From assembly GCF_018977255.1 (NCBI RefSeq), contig NW_024704743.1, positions 19,656,001 through 19,720,000 of the forward strand: a stretch of DNA of 64,000 nucleotides, read 5' to 3'. The first letter of the stretch is position 1; each line of letters starts with the position of its first letter. The notes under the pieces are model-generated. The model made no database searches. It worked only from the letters and a program-made list of their open reading frames with translations, and was not told the DNA's origin. Positions 1 through 14,020 of the stretch are shown piece by piece. Position numbers and translations under genes: made by a program. This DNA is from Callorhinchus milii (taxonomy: Eukaryota).

Positions 1-158
1 GGTACTCCACTGTTTTCATAATTGAAAAATTATGGTTTGGAGTGTTTTACATTCTTTAAACAGTGCACAGAAAGTACTGTTTTATTCCAGTGTAACTGCC
101 TAGCGCATATAAATAGCGGACCCAAATTATATAAAAAATCCATGTTGAATAATTATAG

Positions 159-311
<153 letters not shown>

Positions 312-2365
312 TGACATGAATCATTCAGTCAAGGGTTGGAACTCAGGACAGGACAGTCAGTGGATGACCTGAGCTAGGAGCTAGATATCAATGTATTTCA
401 GTGGAGAGATTTACCTCAAATCAAACTAGCTGCAGAATTATCTTTTTTTCATCAGCCAAGTGCCCATCAGCATGCTTACAAGTATTCAAACAGACAGAGT
501 TCTTCTAGGCATCCCACCAAAACATGGAAATTGCCAAGATACTTATTGAGTCCATGCCCCAGTAACTGGTCTGCTTATGAGCCCAGGCTGGTTGTGCTGT
601 TATCAGCAATGCCCTGGAGTACTGTGGTCCTGCCTGGCTCAGGAACTGGACTACTCAGCCCACCACATAGGGCTGGATTGATTCTGACATTCCATTGCCA
701 AACATGTCACCTCGGAGCAAGTTCAGCTCCAAGTAGAACCCTACTTGCCTGCCCCCTCCCCAGCTGTTCACTTGACATCCGGCAAGCCTAGGTTTAAGCC
801 CTCACGAGGTGGGTGGTGGGTACCAGGTGAGCTACCTGATGAGCCACAGAGCTCAGCATGAAATACATGAGAGCATTGCCGCCCAGTCACACATCCCTTC
901 CCATTGAGCGATGGTTCCACAATTTGGCAGTGTAGAGCATGAGCAGCAACTGCTTACTCTCTGCAAGCCAATCAAGGTGGATTCGATTTACAAACGTGTG
1001 TTCGTGAACCTGGACTCGGGTAACACCTTCCAGTAGCTGTCGCCCCATACCTCCCGAGTTTCCTCAGTTATTTATCATTTGTAAACTAAGTGCAAACAGT
1101 GGGATTCTGGTCATTAGAAATAATATTTTGGTTCTGCTTTACAAATCATGTAGTGTAGGAACATTTTGTGCCAGGTTTTTAAACAAAAAAGGCTTCCATT
1201 GGCAACAGGATTCATTTCACACTGAAGCTCACATAGAGCACACTGGTCAGTCATGAGATGTAAGTGAAATCAGCTGACCCACTTGCGAAAATACTCAAGC
1301 ATAGTGCTGATTCATGACAGAAGATTTTAGAGCATAATGGTGATAGACAAGTAATTTAAAGAAGGCTGTGAACTTCCCAGACACAGGCAAGGAGGCTGGC
1401 AGCATCAGCAAGTAGATTGGGGTTTGGCTGAACTATTAAATAACTTTGGCCCAAGGAACTCCAAGTGTCGGCTGTTCCTTAAGTATGTGTGTTCTCTTCG
1501 TGGTTTCTTTTTAGAGATGTTAAATCAACCATGGCTCTAGTCAATTACTGCCAAACTGAAGTGAAAGACTAGTTGCCTCATTTTATTTGTAGGTTCATTG
1601 AAATGCTGAGAGAATCTCAATTGCCTGGCTTTTGTCTGCTGGTAATACACCTAATAATTTCTATCGATATGTTGTTATTTCTTTGTTCAGTCAACTCTGG
1701 CATTGATTTTTCTGGAAGTTATTGCACTGAATGTTCCCTCAGAGCAATCCTGCTCTGACTGATTGCTATAAATATAATTTACAATGCAGCTTTGTTTTAT
1801 GCATGTTTTATCCTATGGTGTCACCAGAGGCAGAGGAGCAGTTGATCGTTTTCCTGGAAATTTAATCGGTTTTAAGGGTCTGTCAGTGTGGAAGCTGAAC
1901 TCTTAACAATGATTGGCTATAATCTGTTCTTATGCCCATTTAAATTATAAACTACACAGCTGCAAAAGGCAAATTGCCTGACTTAATTTGTATTGGGAAA
2001 ACGATTAGTTCTAAGGCTCCAAAATGAACTTATTTCCCTCAAAGTAGTGATTGTAAACCCACATCAGGTTCAAAACTTTGCCAAGCAAACACACAAAGCC
2101 TGAAATTCCACCAATTCTTAGCTTGTAAGACTTTCGTAAGATCTCACCAAATTATGGACAATTCTTAAATGAAGTTTTAAATTGGAAACCAATTATTTTT
2201 AACAACCGGGGCAAACCAGCTTTCAAATTAAGCCACAGTCCTGCACAGTGTTAAATTTTGAGACACACTAAGAGATTTCAGACCCACAGTGGCTATACTT
2301 GCCAGGAATTCCAATGGTGTTATAGGCACTATATTAACTGTAAGGGATTACTATTATTTTGTTAG

Positions 2366-2612
2366 GTGTCAGCCTGGTATAAGTTGGTAGTATTCTCACC
2401 TGGGAGTCAGGCGGTTGTGGGTTCAAGCTCCAAGTTGGTACTTTGACCTCACACAGTCTATGTTGGTACTCCAGTGGATGCCGTCCTTCAGATGAGATGT
2501 TAAACCAAGTGAGGTCCTGCCTGCCTGTTCAGGAGGTGGATGTTCAAAATCCCATCCCAATTACTTGTGAAATGCTTTGACACGTTTCAAAATTATAGTC
2601 TCTATATTAAAT
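2366..2612 (+). mobile_element. Deu-domain SINE, internally deleted
   Basis: Same head and GATGCCGTCCTTCAGATGAGATGTTAAACC core. Further degraded copies at about 7416-7630(+), 12380-12665(+), 15065-15330(-), 18550-18770(-), 21185-21405(-), 22690-23020(+), 25990-26230(-), 37005-37300(-), 39745-40040(-), 44280-44640(+), 51910-52075(-), 53280-53572(+), 57370-57560(+), 62350-62500(+). Confidence 0.8.
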
Positions 2613-3159
2613 GTGAATATTCTTACTATAACATGTATCAAACTTAAAAGGCTGGATTTAAATTTACTCTTTCATGTTTTATATTCTACTCACAGGGACA
2701 CATTAACTGAGTTAAATAATCTATGAATTATTGGAAATTGATATTACAGTTTACCACCATTCTAATATTCATCTTACTAGCTAATGACTAAAAATTCATT
2801 AGAAGAAGACACTTTTATTTTATTCACTGTATCTGGACTGTATTTCTCATTACTTTTATTGCAGTGTAGCACACTATTCAGTGCCATTAAGCTGAATGCT
2901 TATACCATTGCAAAGCTACTTAGGTAGGATTCTAGTTATCCTGTGATTAAAAGCTATTTAATATTATTGTTTGTTTCAAAACATCACCCAAACACTAAAT
3001 ATTTACTAATTTAAAATATTATATTGTCAATCAATTACATGTTGAACTAAATATCTATACTTTATTAAGAATACATCTTGTTCTTCTCTCCTAAAGTCAT
3101 GAGCTGATTCACGTTGAGGTATGATTCTGCTCAATAGCTGGAATGGGAATTCTGACTGA

Positions 3160-3290
3160 ATTCTTTTCCCTCCTTAGTTCAGGAGTAATAAGGCTAATTG
3201 TAACACCTGACTGTCTAAGATCAGCTAACTCAGCACAGACTGGGGATCAAACCTGAAAAATTTCAGGTCTGGAAACCCAGTTAGACACTT
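3160..3290 (-). mobile_element. Fragment of a third, older tRNA-head SINE family
   Basis: Reverse reads CAGGTTTGATCCCCAGTCTGTGCTGAGTTAGCTGATCT (B-box-like), matching 8476-8515(+) GGTTAGATCTTGGGTCTATGCTGAGTTGGCTGATCTCAG; AGGCTAATTGTA is shared with about 12125. Confidence 0.65.
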
Positions 3291-4129
3291 GACAGTGATA
3301 ACCAACCATCGAACATAACCATTGGAAGAGTTTTAAATTTAGCAGACCAGGGACATAAATATAACAAGCAAGACTTCCTGTAGGATAATAGCACTCCTAA
3401 ATCATTATCCTATGTGAAATGGCACTGTATCAATGCAAGTTGTTGTATCTTTGGGCACAAGACAGAGATGGCAATGAAATATTTCCTGTTTGGAAGTCCG
3501 AAAAATGGCATGAACAGGGAGGCGATTAGTGAAAGCATCATTTTCACTAAGTGCCAGAGATTAGAAGGCTATAATGGAAGATGTCTTTGCTTCAGTGGTT
3601 TGAGAGGTAGCGACCCATCCTGACAGAGAGATCACAGGGGTGTGCGTGCACTTCTCCAAACATCACATTAAGAAAGTTAGGCAAATTCGACTTTCATACA
3701 ACTGCGTGTCTGCACTCGCAGGATGTGCAGTTTGAGTGTTCTCCCATTGTGGAATGTGTCTGGCAGTATAACAGTGTAGCACCGAGAACCCAGAGGATCA
3801 CAGAACCACTTCTGCTTGAAACAGTTCCATGGTAGCAATGCAGCATTTGGAAAGCAATGGCAAGGTAAATAATAATCTTTGCATTTGGTATGGCACCTTT
3901 TTGTTTTGGTCAGATGGGTATCTGACCCTTGCTCAGAATATCCAACAACAACAACAAATTCCATTTATATAGCGCCAGGAGGACAACCCAAGGTGCTTCC
4001 AAACCAAAATAGACATGAACATACACATGGCTAACCAAAAGAAAAATGAAAAGTGCAAGATCAAATGCAAGGATTAGTGTTTACTTTGCCACTCTTTGCT
4101 GATGCTGCGTTCATATTGACTGGAAAGCT

Positions 4130-4500
4130 CAAAGTGATTCACTGTAAAGTCCAGTGGCTGTATATTTTGTAGATGAATGCAGCAGCCAATTTGTGCACAA
4201 TTTAGGCATGTCCCACAAACAGCTTGAAGTGAATGACTAATTTTATCGTGGGTATTCTTAGCCAGGATGCCAGGAGAAACTCCCTTCTCTTTTCAAAAAG
4301 CACCATGGGATTTTTTTAACATCCATCTGATATGCAGACAGGACTTTGGTTTGTCTTATCCAAAGGACAACACCTCCAACAATGCAGCGTTACCAACATA
4401 TGCTTTGCCAACATAGACTGTGAGAGTTCCAAATCCTGATATGCGGCTTGAACCCACAACCTTCTGACTCAGAGCCAAGAGTGCTACTAGTTTAGCCAGG
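4130..4500 (-). mobile_element. Deu-domain SINE
   Basis: CTTGAACCCACAACCTTCTGACTCAGAG..AAGAGTGCTAC is the reverse complement of the head; CCATGGGAT...AACATCCATCTG is the reverse complement of the Deu core. Confidence 0.82.
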
Positions 4501-4575
4501 CTTAATAATCATTTTTTTATCTGTAGCATTGGATGATGAGAGGTAGAATAGGACCAGGAGTAGGTCATACAGCCC

Positions 4576-4893
4576 ATAATAATAATAATAATCCTTGCAT
4601 TTGATAGAGCGCTTTTCACGTCGGGAGGACGTCCCAAAGCACTTCACAGAACACTGTAAAGTGAATTGACTGTATATTTGTGGGCGAACGCGGCAGCCAA
4701 TTGCGCACAGCAATGTACCGCAAACAGTCGTAGATTGAAAATGACCAATTTATTATTGTTTTTTGTTTTGGAGGGATTATTATTAGGCGTGTGGAGTAAG
4801 GAAACTTGCCCAAGGTTTCGCCCTGCCTGGAATTGAACTCAGGTCTCTCACTTGCAAAGCGAGTGCTCTAACCACTGAGCTACAGGACTCCAC
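4576..4893 (-). mobile_element. Young tRNA-derived SINE, short subfamily (resembles Callorhinchus SINE2-type elements), full length
   Basis: Reverse strand reads GTGGAGTCCTGTAGCTCAGTGGTTAGAGCACTCGC-TTTGCAA...GAGTTCAATTCC (A and B boxes, TGC anticodon-like loop), then a body and a (TTA)n tail. Near-identical to 9557-9888 and 11441-11766. Confidence 0.93.
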
Positions 4894-6139
4894 AGACTCC
4901 ATCGAGCCTGATCCACCATCCTGTTAGGCCACAGCTGATCTGCAACTTAGTATTATTTGCCCACCTTTTTCTTTATATTCCTGATATCTTTACTAACCAA
5001 GTATTTTTCTACTTCACTCTTAACCATTTCCACTGACTCTGCATTAACAGTCCTTTGAGGAAGTGAATTCCACAATTCATTCACTTTGGAATCCATGAAC
5101 CAAGAGAGATGGCTCCATGGACTCACAACTGGTAATTTCCAGGCCTGTGCTTTCCTTAGTTGCTATGTTAATGGAATAAACCAACACTGATGAATAAGGT
5201 GCTTCTTGGCAAAATTGTCAGGGAACCTTCGAAGCACATGGTTGAGAGTTCCCATGGAAACGGGATGCATTCTGTCTGAGTGTATGTATTCCCCGCACCT
5301 CTCAAGCACTATACAGTGCATTCTGTCAATGGAACCAATACTCCCCATTGGACAAACATAGCGTGACTAGTTGTAATGATTCTTAATGATGTTCTGGCAG
5401 GAACCTCCTTGAAGAATAGCTTAGTTACTAACCAGCAATTATAAGTGCTGCTGTGCTATTCTTCATGAATGTCATCAATAATGGCCACACACACAAAAGT
5501 GAAGGAGGTAAATGGACATGACTTTGTTCTCAGTAAAGCTGGCCTATTCTCAGTGAGTAGGAATGGAGCCATGCTTCATTGTCAGAGGCTGCAACCCTCG
5601 AATAATTGTGCCTCAAATAATCAATCCTGCTTATTGAGAAAAGCCAATTCTTCTCAGAAGGCGAGCGCTATATTGTCGTTTGCTGTTAAATGTACAATTA
5701 GTTCACCTAGAAATGTTGTACCTTAATTACTCTTTTCTTTACACTCCATATAAAATGGCAACTTTAATCATTGATTCAATGGCAGTCAGTTGAAAGAATA
5801 GTAGCAGAAAAATCTAAAGCCCCCACACTTTGCAACAAAGCAACCCAACTTCAAAAAAAATACCTCTGACTCTGATGTCGATTTGGAAAGTGGATAATTG
5901 AGCACCAGAGTGATTAGATCCGGTGATTCTATCATCATGTATTTTAATGGTATTCAAGTAACATTACACATGGAGCTGTCTTTGAAAAATATTGTACTTC
6001 AAGTAAAAGATAATAAAAAAATTTACTTCAATATATGAGTGCAAAGCTATTAATTCTTGTGACAAAGAAAGCAACCAGTCGAGGATCAATAACATAGGAT
6101 GTAACAATACAGAGATGTTCAGTGTTGTTCTTGATGTAA

Positions 6140-6880
6140 TTTTGCACATTTGGGGATTCAGATTCACAAATCTCTAAAAGTAGCCACACAGGTAAGCTAT
6201 GTAAAAAGCCCATGGGGTTTGGGGATTTATAACCAGAGGGATAGAGTAGAAAAGTGAACAGGTGATGTTGAATTTGTACAGAAACTTGTTTAGGCTACAT
6301 TTTGGAGTGTTTTGTCCATTTCTGGCCTCCACACTAAAAGACCAATATAGCACCGATGGAAGGAATGCAGCATAGGATAACACTAAGGCTGGCAGGTCAC
6401 TGATATCAGAATAGACTGGATAGGCTCCGCCTATTTTCGCTAGAGATGAAATGTTTAAGTGGGGACTTAATGGAGGTGTTTAAAATTATAAAAATAGTTT
6501 GAGAAGGTGAGCATAATTGATTGGGGAGTCTGTAACCAGAGACAGAAATATACTATAGCGACAAGGGGGATCTATAAGAGAATTTATTAGGAGCTACTTC
6601 ACGCAGAGGGTAGTGAGATTGTGGAACTAACTGCACGAAATGGTGGTTGAATCAGATAGTGAAGATCCATTCAAAAGGAAGCTTGACCTCTACATGAGGG
6701 GGAGGGGAATAAAAGGTTATGGGAAGGAGTAAGGAATGGGTGGAGACTCGTATGGAGTAAAAGCACCGATATGGACTGGTTGGGATGAGTGGCCTCTTAG
6801 TAAATGGAGTGGGTAAGGTTCTTTTGTAAGTGAACATGGTATGTGGAAGGAATGGGCTGAATGCCTTTATTCTCATTTTG
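6140..6880 (+). mobile_element. CR1-clade LINE 3' fragment, degraded
   Basis: Remnants of LY..LVRPHLEYCVQFW (ttgtacagaaacttgtttaggctacattttggagtgttttgtccatttctgg), GDLMEVFKII and FTQRVVRLWN motifs. Confidence 0.88.
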
Positions 6881-7809
6881 TACTCCTACATTCTTTTAAA
6901 AGCTTCACTTAAACCATGCACATGTTCTGAAGCCAGTACTCAAAGAAATAAGTGGACATTTGTGGTTCATGTTCTTACTGGGATAAATCGATAGGCAACA
7001 TATTCAAGAAAAAAGTGCAATTTAAGTGATGGATTAATCAAGTCTCGTGCACAGTCACAAAATCAACAACTTTAAAGCATCACACAGAAATGCAGATATT
7101 GCTTTGATAGGTATTGAACCAATTCTCAGTTTGAACAGCTACAAATAAATCCATTTCAGGTGAATAGTTGACGTCTGAAGGAAGCATTTAGCAGCTCAAC
7201 AGAATATCTTTAGAAATATCAATTACATTAGTGAACTTTCTTAATGATGATTAAATGTCTGCTTTGTCCTAGTTTGTAGCTCGGATCCGAGATATTTTCT
7301 GTAAAACTACAGGGTAATGATAGAAATGATGAAAAAATAAAACTGACTTTATTGGAAGGAAACCAAGATTATAGTTCGTAAATGCTATACTTTATCAAAC
7401 CTTAATGCAGGATTGGGGGTGTGCTGCATTGTTGGAGGTGGTATCTTTTAGTTGGGACATTAAACTGAGGTTACCATCTGCCTGTTCTATCGGACGTTAA
7501 AGATCCCATGGCACTATTAAAAAAGAGGAGGGAGTTTCTTCCAGTGTCTTGGTCAACAATGCTCCAATAATATTGGGCATTCAAACTTTTTGTGGTACAT
7601 CATTGTACACATCACCTCCAGTGTTCCACACAGGAAGTGACAGCTGAAGTAGCCATTTTATAACGGGCCTCATTGTATCGCACACTCTGATTCTGTGTAC
7701 CCAAACACTGCTTTGTAATGGGGTCCAACTGTATTAGCAATAGATTTTGGGAACCATAATTGTTAATAGAGCAAATCAGATGTTTTCAACAAATAACTAC
7801 AGGATTTAA

Positions 7810-7959
<150 letters not shown>

Positions 7960-9173
7960 TAACCAGTTTGTCAATTCAATGTTAGTTTCTTTTGATTTTA
8001 ATTCTTTATTTTGTGGAAGTTTGAATGTACAAAACTGCAATAGCTGATTTGACTCGGTGAAATTAAAGCAATGGGAATGATAACACGCAAACTGGGACTA
8101 TCCTAATTTATTAAGGGTCAGCTGGGTTTCTAACACACGAGAGAACCCATAACCATGCTTAGCTGGATCCAAACCAGACTGAGAGTTCCACCAACACATT
8201 TGCATACCACCTACACAAGGAAACTTTGCTGTATATGGAATGGAATGTCACTCTTTTCCTAGAGGGACGCATTCTGATTATCTAATTTGAGAATATTAAG
8301 CACAGGATGGCAAGAGTCAAGGTTGGGGCTCTGTCTGGCAAGCTTCCCACTGCTTGCCCAGCTAAATCCACTGTACCCATTAAATCCTTTAGCTTGCAGG
8401 GTTAACAGGAGCTGAGTGGGCAGAGTCCCTGCTCCCAATGAATGGGTAGGGCCACCACACACCAGGAAACTCCCAAGGTTAGATCTTGGGTCTATGCTGA
8501 GTTGGCTGATCTCAGTCGGCTACAATAGATCAGCTCATCGATCAGAAAAATCAGTGTGGAATGTAGGGAGTGCAGTGTAGTCACCCATGAAAATATAAAA
8601 CAAAATAATCAAAGCTAAACTTTAGTCCCAGATGCCGGGATTCAGAATTAAAATCCATCCTTAAGTAAAAACAAAAATGGACACAAGTGAACGCATTTTT
8701 GTTGCTTGTGGTAATTATAGGCAGAGACACTGGGAGCTTATAATTGTTGCAAAAGGATGCTGCAAATCAGTTTCCTGAGAACTAAATGAGGACTGAAATT
8801 AGGGAGTGATCTCATTCTTTAGTCCGTATAATTCATTTTAAAATCAGCTTGATGCTATGACGTGGGGGACAAGTAGGGTAGAAGGGATGAGATCAGATGG
8901 GCTGAAAAGCCTTCCTTATCAAGACTGATCTTGTGTGATCAAATGGATGTGTGAGCTTTTTCCAGCTCCCAAGTGGTTTCATTGCATCTGAAACTTGGAA
9001 GAGTTTTTGTAAACTATCTCCCATGTCTCTTGCCAGAAACGAGTTTTGTCAAAACATTTTAGAATTATATTGGTCCCTGGAATAATATCATAATTGCATT
9101 TTGTGGTAGGATTGTGTTTAATCCCATGTTTGTTCTACCCTAATTCTCTGACCCTTCGACTTGTCACTTCCAG

Positions 9174-9255
9174 CTTGTCTCCAGTACAGGAGCTGTGCCA
9201 CCTGTATCAATACGGAGATTACCTTCAATTGTACATGGTGCAACAAGCTCCAAAG
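9174..9255 (+). CDS. PLXDC2: PLXDC2 exon encoding the first part of the PSI domain (82 nt, phase 1 to 2)
   Basis: Acceptor tcacttccag, donor gtaagg. Translates (T)[26 protein letters not shown](R), with the PSI-type C..C..C..CxWC pattern. Confidence 0.96.
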
Positions 9256-9556
9256 GTAAGGCTGCTGTTCCTGTAAAGAATCTGTACCAGAGAGATAGGT
9301 CATTTCACGGAACCGCTGCGAAATTGAAGGAACCTGGTGAAGCAGCCTATTGCACTTCTCAGCTCTTGATATCTGCATCTGATTTTGTGAAATGAATACC
9401 GTGGCTAATGTTTTGTCACCTGCACTGACCAGTTGTAGAGCGTGACTAAGTTGCCTTTTGCAGAGCTCAAATGCGAACCCTTTATTAATCGTGTTTTAAA
9501 ACCCAAGCTGCGATCTTTCAGGATGAATTTAAAGCACTCCTTAACCACTTATACTT

Positions 9557-9888
9557 TAATAATAATAATAATAATAATAATAATCCTTGCATTTGATATA
9601 GCGCTTTTCACGTCGGGAGGACGTCCCAAAGCGCTTCACAGAATATACTGTAAAGTGAGTTGACTGTACATTTGTGGGCGAACGCGGCAGCCAATTGCGC
9701 ACAGCAATGTCCCACAAACAGTCATAGATTGAAAATGACCAATTTAATTATTGTTTTTGGTTTTGGAGGGATTATTATTAGGCGTGTGGAGTAAGGAAAC
9801 TTGCCCAAGGTTTCGCCCTGCCTGGAATTGAACTCAGGTCTCTCGCTTGCAAAGCGAGTGCTCTAACCACTGAGCTACAGGACTCCAC
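9557..9888 (-). mobile_element. Young tRNA-derived SINE, short subfamily, full length
   Basis: Same head, body and tail; long (TAA)n run; ACTTTA repeated at both junctions (9553-9558, 9887-9892) as a probable TSD; CpGs retained. Confidence 0.93.
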
Positions 9889-11440
9889 TTTATGGTTCTG
9901 GTAACTGTATGCTGTGTTCTGCTTTCCTGCAGCAGGCCTGCGACTATACAAAAGCACTCAATTAATTTTATGACTCCTGAATAAATTGGCTTAATTATGT
10001 GACACAACTTGAGTGAAAAATTATTGGTTACACAGTCAGCTCCAAAAGCAAGTTAAATTGAAGCGATGGAGTCCCAAACTAGGTGGTAAATGGTATCAAT
10101 CAGAAATCGCTCTTGTCACTATTTCCCTTTTCACCGTTACTAACTGATTTCAGACCAGACATTGCTTTAAGTGGTAAAATCTTCTAACCACCAGCAAAAT
10201 CGATAAGACGGTTAGCAGCAGAATATTACATCCAAGTGATCCTAGCCTCTTTGATTTTGTATTTTTGCATTCGGAACTGATGAAAATAGTTCTTTTGAAA
10301 ATACAATTTAAATTTATATGGCACCTTTCACATCCGGAGGACATCTCAAAGTGCTGGATGTGCACCCAAGCTAGGGTTGGGAGCCGAGGGCAAATGGTGA
10401 GGGGAAAGATAACCAAAAGCGCGGGCAAAGAGGTACATTTTAAACATGCCTTAAAAGTGGGGTGGGAGGGAACAAGTTGGAGAGACTCCGGGATGGAATT
10501 CTGGAGAATGGGTAGCAAAATAACCGAACCTGGATGCCGATGGTAGGGCATATAGGGCAGGGACATGAAAAAGGCTGGTGCTCACTGAGGAAAGGGAAAA
10601 GTTTCTATTTTTCACTAAGTCCTAAGTCACTAAGTTCACCAGACACAAAGTAGAAGACAAAACCCTCCACAAAATTCTGGCCTTGTGTTAATCACCACAT
10701 CGCATACCTAAATTCACCCCCCGCTCTTATATAGAACGGAAAAGTACAGGCATTGAGCAAATATGGAACAATGTTTTTTTTTAGCAGGATTGTTTGGGTG
10801 GGGATCAGTCTGCATTTAAAAGGAAGTATATTTAGTTTGGCCTCTTCCATTAAAAAAAGTGGCATTAATTACGGAATGAGCCTGAGACTGTGAAGCATTT
10901 GCTGAACCACATGAAACTACAGAAAGGTCAACGCAATTGTATTATTTATTTTTGGGTCAGCCAGGTGTCTGACACATGCGGATACCCATCACAATGCTTA
11001 ACAGTATCCAAACGAGCTGAGATTTCCATGCATCCCACCTACACGTGGAAATCTGAGAGATAGATTGTTGCTGAAGGGATGCTTCCTGTTTACCTAAGTC
11101 TGGAAAGTGTTAGGCGCAGGTTGGCAAGAGCCAAGGCTTGGGGCCCCCAGAGTGTGCGCTGATGGAAATGTTGAAAGCTTGAACATATTAGACACAACAT
11201 ATCTGATTACACATATAAAAGTTGGAGGTCATTTTGCAGCATTCCAAATATATACGCAACACAACAGAAACAGTTTGCTATCAATTTATAATCCTTCACA
11301 ACGCAAAATGTGAATCACGATAGCGATTCGGCCATTTAAAGCCTTTCAAGGCAAAACTGTGAACCACCCATTCATGCCTGTATGTTGTGCCTTAAATAAC
11401 TATGTTAGTGATTTTTCTCTTGTCAGCGTGAATTACATTT

Positions 11441-11766
11441 GTGGAGTCCTGTAGCTCAGTGGTTAGAGCACTCGCTTTGCAAGTGAGAGACCTGAGTTCA
11501 ATTCCAGGCAGGGCGAAACCTTGGGCAAGTTTCCTTACTCCACACGCCTAATAATAATCCCTCCAAAACAAAAAACAATAATAAATTGTTCATTTTCAAT
11601 CTACGACTGTTTGTGGGACATTGCTGTGCACAATTGGCTGCCGCGTTCGCCCACAAATATACAGTCAATTCACTTTACAGTGTGTTCTGTGAAGCGCTTT
11701 GGGACATCCTCCCGATGTGAAAAGCGCTATATCAAATGCAAGGATTATTATTATTATTATTATTAT
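11441..11766 (+). mobile_element. Young tRNA-derived SINE, short subfamily, full length
   Basis: GTGGAGTCCTGTAGCTCAGTGG head through (TTA)n tail; ATTTG at both junctions. Confidence 0.93.
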
Positions 11767-13764
11767 TTGCAATACTACCATATGTGCGTAAAGGACAAAA
11801 AATTCTGAGAATTTGAAATTGATCACACTGTGAGATTTAATTTTATTTAAAAATTTCCTTTGGTACCAAAATTTCCAAATAATTGCCTTATTTCAAGACC
11901 TGAGTGAACTATAATTTATCAATGGTAAAGACCAACGCATTGCAGGGGTATTGGGGCCTAACATGATCTGCTCACAAACATTAGCAAACCTTTGATCCCA
12001 TTGAGAGCATGGAAAGAAAAGTTTGCTAGTGAACAATGGGTTTTGTATCCTTCTATTTACTCCTCAGGACTTGGATAGTGAACCCTGGTTGATTTCTTTC
12101 TCTTTCATATGTCAGGGACATTGAGGCTAATTGTATATTCCTCATTGTTACCTTCACTTCTTACTTCAAATGGATTAAAATTGGGATGCTTCTGGGCCGC
12201 ATGGGTCTCTACACCGTTGGGTGATGCACACGTATTATGTAAACTTGAAAATGTTTTCTAAACGATAGCAACAAATGGTAAAAAATGTGGCTGCTCTACA
12301 TTAAGAATCAGAATGAAGCATCAATGATTGGATTAGTTACGGCAAAAATACTTTTAAACTTTATGTTGTGTCACTTATGTATCGCATCCTTTGAACTGAG
12401 GTATCATCTGATCATCTGCCTGTTGAGATGGACATTAAAGATCCCACGGAACTATTCAACAAAAGAATGTGAATTTCCTCCCAGTATCCTCCTGGCCAGC
12501 AAAAAATTATTTGGTATTACCCGGATAAAATTGATCACTAACTTCAAAACTGTTTGTGGGATATTGCTGTGCACAATTCTCCGTATCAATTCGCTGCCTC
12601 TTTGAGATGTTAGGGATATCTTACGTGATAAGGTGCTATATCAAAAGCAAGAATTATTATCATTAATACTGCTGACAAAAGTACCCTGTCACTAGATAGG
12701 CAAAATGAGAAATATAGCGCAGATCATACAAGGCAAGCCCATAGATATAACTTTGCTACAAATTGGGGCCATTATTTCAGTGCACAAGCTGTTCTGACTA
12801 ACTTTATTAGTCGTAGAGAGGTGCATTTGCTTGTCAATTAAGTGTCTGACACATCCCGAAACCCATAACCATTCTTAAAGAGTATCCAAACCAGACGGAG
12901 AGTGCCATATACTCACTTACACTTGGAAATTCCCATATTTGGGATAAAATGCACTCTCTCTCAACAGAGGGATGCATCCCACATACCTAATCATGGAGAG
13001 TATTAACCACAAGTTGGCATAAACTATTGTTGGGGATCCAGAGTACGTGTTGAGATACTGCTGGAGTATAACCGGCTAAAACCACATGGCTTATGATTGA
13101 AAGCACTTTCCGCCAAGCTTCCGGCTGCTTATCCAGCTAGGACCATCCTACCTGTTAGGGCTTTGGCTTACAGATTTATACTATGAAAATGGCCGTGTTG
13201 TTTCAGAATCTTGCATCAAAGTGGAACTTTTGTAACAGCAAAAATCTCTTTGGCAGTTTTCACCCTTGAGGAATCCCTTGAGAGTTTCAAACAAAATTTA
13301 ACAAGTCAAAAAAAAACTATTCCAGGACTTCATCTCAATGGGCCTCACAAAGAAGTAGAGGACATCCAGTCATTATATTAGGCAGCTTGCCATCCATAGA
13401 GCTTTTCATACAGAAATACCCAGAGAGCCATTAATTGCAGCCTAGATTTGCCTATGGCACCTAGCATTTAGCACAGCCAGCCAAATGCCTGCCAGCAATA
13501 GCTGCCCAAATGCATTTCAAAAGCTACTTGTCTTTCCTTAATGAGGTAATTGGCATCCTAGATTTAATCTCAGGAGGGTTCCTGAAAAACTGTCCTTTAG
13601 ATAGCAGTAGTCTGCTCTCAGTTGGATCTGCCAGTGATGCTGGAGGAAAGCCAATTGGACCTTTCCCAGTAATTACCTTTATGAAGGCCAAATTCTGTAC
13701 TATCGAATGCCAGTAGTTTATATGCTAAATACAGGCAATGAACTATTGGATGTGTTGCCTAGAT

Positions 13765-14020
13765 GTGGAGTCCTGTAACGTAGTGGTTAGCGCACTCACC
13801 TCGATTCCTCGATCTTAGGCAAGTTTCCTTACTCCACACACCTCTGTTTACCTAGCATTAAGTAGGAACCCGGTTGTTAAGTCAATTGGAGGATCACATT
13901 CTGGGGGTAATAATCCCTCCCCCCAAAAATAAACTAGTCCACTCAATCCACAACTGTTTGTGGGACACTGCTGTGTGCAATTGACTGCACGTTTCACTCA
14001 CAAAAATATAGCCACTGTAA
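13765..14020 (+). mobile_element. tRNA-SINE, long subfamily, degraded and 3'-truncated
   Basis: Same head, plus the extra CTCTGTTTACCTAGCA..AAGTAGGAACCCGGTTG block absent from the short subfamily. Confidence 0.85.

Noticed and set aside
836..864. CTGATGAG...GAAA resembling a hammerhead ribozyme core
   Set aside because: No stem II closes directly onto GAAA, and I could not form stem III or a cleavage triplet.
11441..11515. Possible tRNA-Ala(TGC) gene
   Set aside because: It is the head of a multi-copy SINE; no proper acceptor stem, and it runs directly into the SINE body.
11521..11808. Recurrent MGKFPYST... ORFs suggesting a small gene family
   Set aside because: All are chance readings of SINE copies, opened from non-ATG starts and broken at different positions.
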